Below, one piece after another: positions 57,440-64,000 of a stretch of 64,000 bases of DNA. How positions within the stretch are numbered: the first letter of the stretch is position 1; each line of letters begins with the position of its first letter. This DNA comes from Epithemia pelagica (taxonomy: Eukaryota > Protista > Bacillariophyta): positions 2,914,001-2,978,000 of the forward strand of contig OX337239.1 of the NCBI GenBank assembly GCA_946965045.2, given 5' to 3'. Made by a program: the position numbers and the translations under genes. The notes below the pieces were generated by a model. It saw nothing but the letters and a program-made list of their open reading frames with translations. It had not been told where the DNA came from and searched no databases.

Positions 57440-58243
57440 TTGTGGATTTTTTGTTATTACGGATTCACAATCTTAATTCAAGGCAGAAACGACAACATTA
57501 GCACGAAAGGAAACAACCGAGAACACAGACTAGGTGCACGTAATCGAAAGATGGAGTGTTATGCAGCGAATCCACCTGCTGGGAAAAAAACCAAACGTGA
57601 CAACCAAGACAGTCGATTGCCGGCCGAATCTTTGCAAGAGCCTGATCGAGAGCAACTGGGACAACTACTTTGCCATGAGAAGACAGGTATAGACAGAGTT
57701 CCATTGAAGAAACTGCCTCCTAACTTTGCTGAAAAAAAGAGATTGCTAAAACCTACATTAGTGCAAGGCTTGATCAACTTTGGAAGGAGTTCAGAAGCCA
57801 AGACATACGAGGAAGACTACTACGACAGTGACGACGACGAAGCTCTTGATGGCATGGGTAAACCTAACATGTGCAATCGTCTCGTCGATCAATACGAGGA
57901 GATGGCGCCGGCAATCTACAGAAAGTTTGTTGCCAAACTCCCGACGTTCGTCTTCTTCGAGTTTGGTTTCCACACGATCGCACGCCCTAGTGTTAAGAAC
58001 GACGAGAAATGGTGTTGGTGTCCTTGCTCCAATAAAGCTTCATTGTTGACTTGGCAAGGTGAGTTTACACCGGGCCTTGATCAATGCCCCACCAGGTACC
58101 GGATGACGGAGAATGGGTTCATTGAACATCTCCGTTCCTTTCAAAACACGTGCTTCTACCACAAGTTGATGCTAGTGTACATCGACCGTCTTTATGATAA
58201 CTACCATGGTAATTCAATGCATCACAAGGCCTTGTATGCCTAA
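57440..58243 (+). CDS. Hypothetical protein with a WCWCPC...C...HL...H Zn-binding-like motif
   Basis: KWCWCPCS...DQCP...FIEHLRS...CFYHKL; the start is more likely the ATG at 57551. Confidence 0.5.
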   Translation: MWIFCYYGFTILIQGRNDNISTKGNNREHRLGARNRKMECYAANPPAGKKTKRDNQDSRLPAESLQEPDREQLGQLLCHEKTGIDRVPLKKLPPNFAEKKRLLKPTLVQGLINFGRSSEAKTYEEDYYDSDDDEALDGMGKPNMCNRLVDQYEEMAPAIYRKFVAKLPTFVFFEFGFHTIARPSVKNDEKWCWCPCSNKASLLTWQGEFTPGLDQCPTRYRMTENGFIEHLRSFQNTCFYHKLMLVYIDRLYDNYHGNSMHHKALYA

Positions 58244-59259
58244 AAGTCCAAAGACTACAACAAGGCATTGGAAAGCTTCAACCAAATGCCGTGATAGTCT
58301 ACTGTAGTTTGCAATACAAATCAAATATACGCGTAATAAAATTCTCACAGAGCAAATAGTTCAACCCCTAATTCACAACACAAGGGCAACGATGAAATCA
58401 CTAGGTTCAGGCGGTATCAAGATCAAAATTGAGCGGCAACCAACACTGGTACACCCAAAAATTAGTGTGCGCGTAATAGGATGCGGAGGATCCATTGTGT
58501 CGCTACTGCAAATCTACTTGTACGGATGATGTGACGGTGAGACGGGAGATTTGTAGAAAACTGATATGAGAGAAATTAAAGAATCGACGATAATTCTGAT
58601 GTGAGGGAAAGTCAAGAAACTAAGTACGATTATTCGTTGACTTGCGACGACGAACCGAAAACCATGGTTGTGGTGCTTGTGGTTGGATAGGAAGACAAGA
58701 TTTACGACCTCGATCAGGTGATGTCACAGGGGCTACCGCCAGGGTATATTTTTGCCCACTTTTCGATATCGGTCGTCTGCCGTTTTTTTTTGGCTGATTT
58801 TCCCCATATTTCCTGATTCCAACATTTTTCTCAGCGGTCGTGAGTTCCCGTACAATCAATCAACTATGAGATTCTCGCGGAATCAACGTCTCCAACGCGC
58901 CGGCAACAGTCAAAATACGGCTTATCCCTCATTTTAAAATTCAGGGAATTCCCGGCGAAATCCGACGCGTTTTAAAAATATTTTTGAAAAATGTACACTT
59001 TTTAGCACTGTCGTCCAGAAGACCCCCCGTTTTCCCACTGACACCGATATAACAAAAAAACAGCAAAATAATCCTTTTTTGGCCGATATTCCTCTAGAAT
59101 TTGTTGCGGTTGGACCGCCCCCCCCCCCTTCTTTTGTTCTTCGAAAATTTTAGCTTGAGAAATTCAATTCTATTTTCTTAAAAACCGTTATAGCGATGGC
59201 AAAAGGATGCACCCAGTTGAGCTAACGTTGAAAGTACTAGAAGTAATGGACCTTGTAGA

Positions 59260-59754
59260 TCATTCGTTATTCTGTTGATAAAGCCACGAATTGAAGTCGA
59301 CCATGGTATCATAGAGTTTGGAACCAGAGTCCGCTATTTTGTCTCTGTGTACATGTAGCAAGGGATCTTGAATGTTATTTCCAAGGAGTATGCATGCTTG
59401 TTTCAAGAGGGAACGGTAGAAGATTGGATGCCTTTTGGCAAACTCATGAGGGGATACTTCGGGAAAGCGAGTCTTGAGAAAAAGGAGAAAGAGGTCTTCT
59501 GGACACCGAGAGCAGGGGACTTCGTAATCTTCTTCCTGCTTTACAGATGATAAGACAGACTTGTCGTCAGATAGAGCCCTGATATCATGCACAGACATCT
59601 TTCCATTGAAAGTTTCCATCGAAAGGTTGGTTGATTGTGAACAGATGCAGGATATCGCAATAATGAGATTGCTATTGCATGGGATGGGATATGTCATCCT
59701 AACGCAATGAGATCTTGAAGTATGATGTGACAAAGGGTGGCAAAAGCATTCCAT
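59260..59754 (-). CDS. Hypothetical protein fragment
   Basis: 164-aa ORF; no domain recognised. Confidence 0.3.
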   Translation of the reverse strand: MECFCHPLSHHTSRSHCVRMTYPIPCNSNLIIAISCICSQSTNLSMETFNGKMSVHDIRALSDDKSVLSSVKQEEDYEVPCSRCPEDLFLLFLKTRFPEVSPHEFAKRHPIFYRSLLKQACILLGNNIQDPLLHVHRDKIADSGSKLYDTMVDFNSWLYQQNNE

Positions 59755-60141
59755 AAATTGTCTGAGTATTGAATCTCACATCGACATCATGAACCACACT
59801 TGAGTTCTGCAGATCAATGCTGCAGGTAATGGTGAAACTTGTGCACCTCCAACCTCTGTTTACAAGATTTTATTCATCTTCTTTCTCCCTTGCCATTCGT
59901 TCCTTCTTTTCTCTCAGTAATTGACAGTCGAATGGCGACCGGCCCTGTTTCAATTCTTCAATTTCTGTTGGTCCAATCCTGGTGGCCCGTCGAAAGAACT
60001 CTCATTTTTGCATCCACCAAATGCCATGTCCCAATTGAGCCGTAAAGACACCATTTCCATGCTTTTGCACTGTCCTTGCGTTTTGTTTCACGATTTCTTA
60101 CTGCTCCAAAGTTCAAAACTTGTTGTACGATATCCATCAAG

Positions 60142-60388
60142 TTCCATTCTACACGATTGCACACCTGACACATGTCAGACCAAAGACCCTGCATCATTTG
60201 CCAAGTAGAGTATTGAAGCGCTTAGGCGTGATGCATTTACAATGTTTTTTCAAGTGTACTCAATCAAATACCTATCACTCCATAATACTCATAACCCTAA
60301 TGTTGTTCTCATCAAAGTCCTACCAAAAGCGGCAAAAAGTTTCACTCCAAACCCAACAGCAGCAGCACAAGAAGAAGAACGCTGCTAG
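60142..60388 (+). repeat. ~240-bp dispersed repeat, inverted copy of 53270-53507
   Basis: See the 53270-53507 feature. Confidence 0.85.
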
Positions 60389-60934
60389 TTAAGAGATAGC
60401 ATCTACCTCGCCTCTAGCTTGCCAATAGCTAGCAACATAGCTATATGCATGACGCTACACGTGTATGGGCACGTGGAGCAAACCAGCTGCCATCTGTGCG
60501 ACTGACCCAACAGATGACCCAACGGCTGGAACAGCTAGCCCAACGGCTGGAGCAGCTGCCTAAATGTAGGCTGTGCGCTGCGCCTACGAACACGGGAAGT
60601 TTATGATTAAAGCCCACACTCTCGCCCTACTCCTGCACAATGCCGGGCGAGCATCCGAATTTACTTCCCGCTCACTTACCTGAACTAAGACATAGCTATG
60701 CAGTATTCAAGTCCATCCCATGGCCCCAAGGTAAGTCAATCATAAAGGCGCCATTATGTATCCCCTAGTACATTGTCTACGGCAAAGAACAAGAGAACAT
60801 CGTAGAACTGTTCCCTAGGCAGCTCTGGAAGAACATATGGAAGCGTTCTCTCACAGAGCGGCCAACAAAGCCGAAATCACTTTCATCTAGATGTAAAGCT
60901 CACTTCTCTAATAACCAGCAAAAGTTAAACCAAC

Positions 60935-61126
60935 TGTTGCACCGTAGAAGTCAGCCTAATTCGTAGATAGAAGGTGAGGGCCCCATCGTCTATCTTACGA
61001 CTATGTTGGTATATACAAACAGAGAAACTAACACGTGTTTTACTAACTGAATATTGAATCTTGTAAGTGGTTATTACGCCCAATTGAGGCTAACCGACCG
61101 CATGCATCCTCTGCAGGAAACCAACA
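60935..61126 (+). repeat. Putative 5' LTR of the right-hand Copia element
   Basis: TGTTG...CAACA termini about 100 bp upstream of gag; no partner LTR in the window. Confidence 0.35.
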
Positions 61127-61229
61127 TCGCTAGCAAACCAGGGAAGCTATCGAGCATCCCGTTGAAGAAACCACCACGGACATTTACAAGGACTCACCGA
61201 CTTCGAGTGGAGCCGGAAGCTTTGAGCTT

Positions 61230-63400
61230 GTGTCCGAGGCAGGGACACACCAAGAAACAGACGTTAACGCACCGGTCGACGAATCTAACGCCGACCAAAA
61301 CCAAGGAGACAACACCGATCGAGGAATTGTTGGATCGCCGATAGGACCAACAAAAGAACCAACCGGAGCGCAAGTTGTTGCATCGAAGAAACGATCACCA
61401 AAGGGGTTGATTGTTGAGACAGGCAAGACCATGCAAGACGACGAGACTTCGCCACGAGAAGGTAGGATCATCTTCAAACCAGATGAGCCAACTATGGGAG
61501 GTCTTGCTCAAACCAAAGCCGAAGATTTTGTTGCCTGGACAGGTGGAAAACCCAAGCACGATTGGTCTGGGTTAGATGACAAGGCAGACAAAGAACCGAC
61601 GCGTAGCCTCCAGGTGCGGACACTTACCGACAAACGGTACCTGGACCGTATCACTGGACCTGCAATTGCGATTTTGCACGTCTGCAAGATGAGCTACTGC
61701 GTCACTTTACGAAATTCGGAATGGACACAATTACGTACCTTCCCAATCCAACCGAACCAAAAGAGATGATCACCATCATCATGGATCATCCGAAGTTCAC
61801 CACAGAGAAAATACGCGAGCTGATGAAAGAGCAAGCAAAGAAGTATGATAAGTATGATAAAAATAACGATGCAAGCGCTCAAGATTACCTTTTGGACTCT
61901 CTCGAACCCTCCTTTCGACGTGATATCGAAGATCAGAGTCGAGATGTCAAGACCTTCCCCGAATTGTTCATGATCATCGTGCGTATCACCACGGATGACA
62001 GTATTGAACATTGGGAAGCGGTGAAGAATGAAATGAGAAAACTTGTGCCACACAAATATTCTGGGCACGACATCACGGAACTTACCAAGGCATTCGCGAT
62101 CAAAGCGCGATCTCTATCCGCGGCTGGTCTCTATGACCATAGCCTAACCGCTACCTTGACCCGAAACATCCTCAAGGCCGATTGGCCTGATACACCCAAG
62201 TTCAATCTCCAGCATCTGAATAAAGATGTCAACAATGGAGTAGAGCACATCCGTTTTATGGATAAGTCAGACACAGACAAGTACATGGCGAAAAACAAGC
62301 TCTTGTATACTCACGTGGTCGAAACTGCCAACGCAAAGTATCTGGTGGCAGTCAAGATGGGTGAGTGGTCGGCAAAACGCAGTGTCACCGACAAGAAAGC
62401 ACCACCATCTACCTTTGGAGCACACAACGCCATGGTTCCATTTCTTAAACAAGGAAAGGGCCGAGACAAACAAGTCTCAGCCAACACACTGGTCCATCAA
62501 GGGGCTTCCAATGGGAAACCCCACCAGTCCACCCAATCCGGTGCCAAAGGACCCTGCTTCATCTGCGGAGGTCCTCACCTTCAGCAAGATTGTCCACAAA
62601 ATCCCAACCGTCGTCAGAAAGGGGAAAACAACAATAAAAACAAAAACAACAAGGGGGTTAGCAAATCGAAACAGACGACGGCGCAATCCAGTGGCCCTGA
62701 ATGGAGGACCACTCCACCTGGTCCCGGTGAGCCACACGAACGAACCTGGAATGGAAAACCGATGTACTGGTGTGCCATCTGTGGAAACTGGAATTCCACC
62801 CACACCACTGAGCAGTATATTGTTGTATATAACAAAAAGAACAAGACCAACCAACATTCCAAGAAACAAACCGAAGTACATTGCTTGACGTACGACCCAA
62901 GTGCGTGGCAAGCCGTAATTGATTTCGACGATGCCAAATCCGAAGGGGACGACTCTTGGATTGTTGAATTGGAAAAGAAATACGGTAAGGGATCCTGGCA
63001 GGTCGAACTCGAAAAGGAGCATTGGTGGCTCTTCGACCGAAAGTGCCCTGGACCAGAGTATACTCTTGAAGCACTCGACGACAAATGGAACAAAGCAATT
63101 GCCGCGAAATCAAAGAAAGAGCGGTTAGAATCCATTGAAGAAGAACAAGAAGAAGAATTTGAGATTGTCAATCTCGCAGAGATGGACTCTTTGCCATCCA
63201 ACGTACCTGATGACAACACAATTGAAGACAGCGATGATGAGTCTCCACCACCACTAGTACCTCGCCAGCGTCAGTTCGACGAAACCGCACCCCTCGTTCT
63301 GCCTCATTTGAAAAATCCGTGCCTCTGGAGAATGCTTCTACCCCTACATCTCCTAAACCACCCTCTGTCAGACCATCCGGAACCCCGACTTCATCAATAA
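61230..63400 (+). pseudogene. gag: Ty1/Copia (CoDi-like) gag with zinc knuckle, frameshifted near 61700-61760 and truncated near 63356
   Basis: FVAWTGGKP..DWSGL; CFICGGPHLQQDC (CCHC); WRTTPPGPGE...NGKPMYWCAICGNWNSTHT. Confidence 0.8.
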
Positions 63401-64000
63401 AACGGGCCAATGCCTGGCCGACATGTGCCTTGGAAGCGAGTGGGTAAACGGCCGTGTACTGTCCATCCGTCAATACTTGCGCACACTTGTGTCCCGAAAG
63501 TGATGTCGTCCGAGCAAAAAGCGTATCCGTATAGAACCGACTATTCAATCGATTCCGATGCAATGCCAAGTTGTCAACACGATATTGTCGCGTTTTAGGC
63601 GTAACAGCTGTCCGGATACCCTGTTGGGTGGTAACGCGGAGGGTTTTCCGCGCTGTTTCCAACCCAATCTTCCATTTCTTGCTGAGATTTTCCGGTGAAA
63701 CGGTCGAGTGACGGTCCGAGCCGAGACCGCCGACCGTTCTGAGGCTGTCGAGTCGCTGCCCCACGACCACAGGATCACATGCGCAAGAAACCACCCTCTG
63801 TCAGACCATCCGGAACCCCGACTTCATCAATAAAACGGGCCAATGCCTGGCCGACATGTGCCTTGGAAGCGAGTGGGTAAACGGCCGTGTACTGTCCATC
63901 CGTCAATACTTGCGCACACTTGTGTCCCGAAAGTGATGTCGTCCGAGCAAAAAGCGTATCCGTATAGAACCGACTATTCAATCGATTCCGATGCAATGCC
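63356..64000 (-). mobile_element. pol: Copia integrase N-terminal fragment, opposite orientation, tandemly duplicated (433-bp period)
   Basis: LSKKWKIGLETARKTL...FYTDTLFA...CAQVLTDG...GVPD. AACCACCCTCTGTCAGACC starts at ~63356 and ~63789. Confidence 0.85.

Larger units (their letters stand above)
55570..58620. repeat. Cluster of ~10 copies of an AATTATCGTAGATTCTT...CTCACATCA motif in both orientations
   Basis: Forward copies near 55623, 55658, 56841, 56893, 57149 and 57186; reverse copies near 55940 and 58585. The pattern resembles DNA-transposon subterminal repeats. Confidence 0.75.

Noticed and set aside
1-64000. tRNA, rRNA or snRNA genes
   Set aside because: None recognised by eye; a tRNAscan-SE/Infernal run would be needed to exclude them.

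Overview
Eukaryotic, transposon-saturated window, most likely from a diatom genome (inference from CoDi-like Ty1/Copia proteins, ~75-nt GT-AG introns and the protein families present). From left to right: a decayed Copia 5' half (1-~3060, -); a hairpin-containing tandem/foldback repeat (3840-4476); a Copia pol 3' half (4481-7560); a CRE-like non-LTR retrotransposon (C2H2 fingers, RT, restriction-like endonuclease; ~7561-20440) whose ORF1 is split by a full-length Copia with near-identical 240-bp LTRs (8185-15599); a 10.3-kb DNA transposon with ~770-bp foldback TIRs (20469-30796) that encodes an intron-containing piggyBac-like DDD transposase and, head-to-head with it, a SET-domain plus 2OG-Fe(II) dioxygenase fusion gene; one host-like glycosyl hydrolase/transferase gene (31694-33349); a decayed Plavaka (CACTA-related) transposase region followed by ~13 kb of cargo-like pseudogenes (three Cys-rich paralogs, a TET/JBP-like dioxygenase, RING-H2, Ulp1-like protease; ~35.6-53.8 kb); Ty3/Gypsy remnants; a cluster of subterminal-like motifs; and a further Copia gag plus duplicated integrase fragments at the right edge. 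The main candidate for an undescribed system is DNA transposons carrying chromatin/DNA-modifying enzymes: SET plus 2OG oxygenase in the piggyBac-like element, and TET/JBP next to Plavaka. All domain calls come from reading motifs by eye, with no database searches. Coordinates given as approximate are good to about 20 bp.
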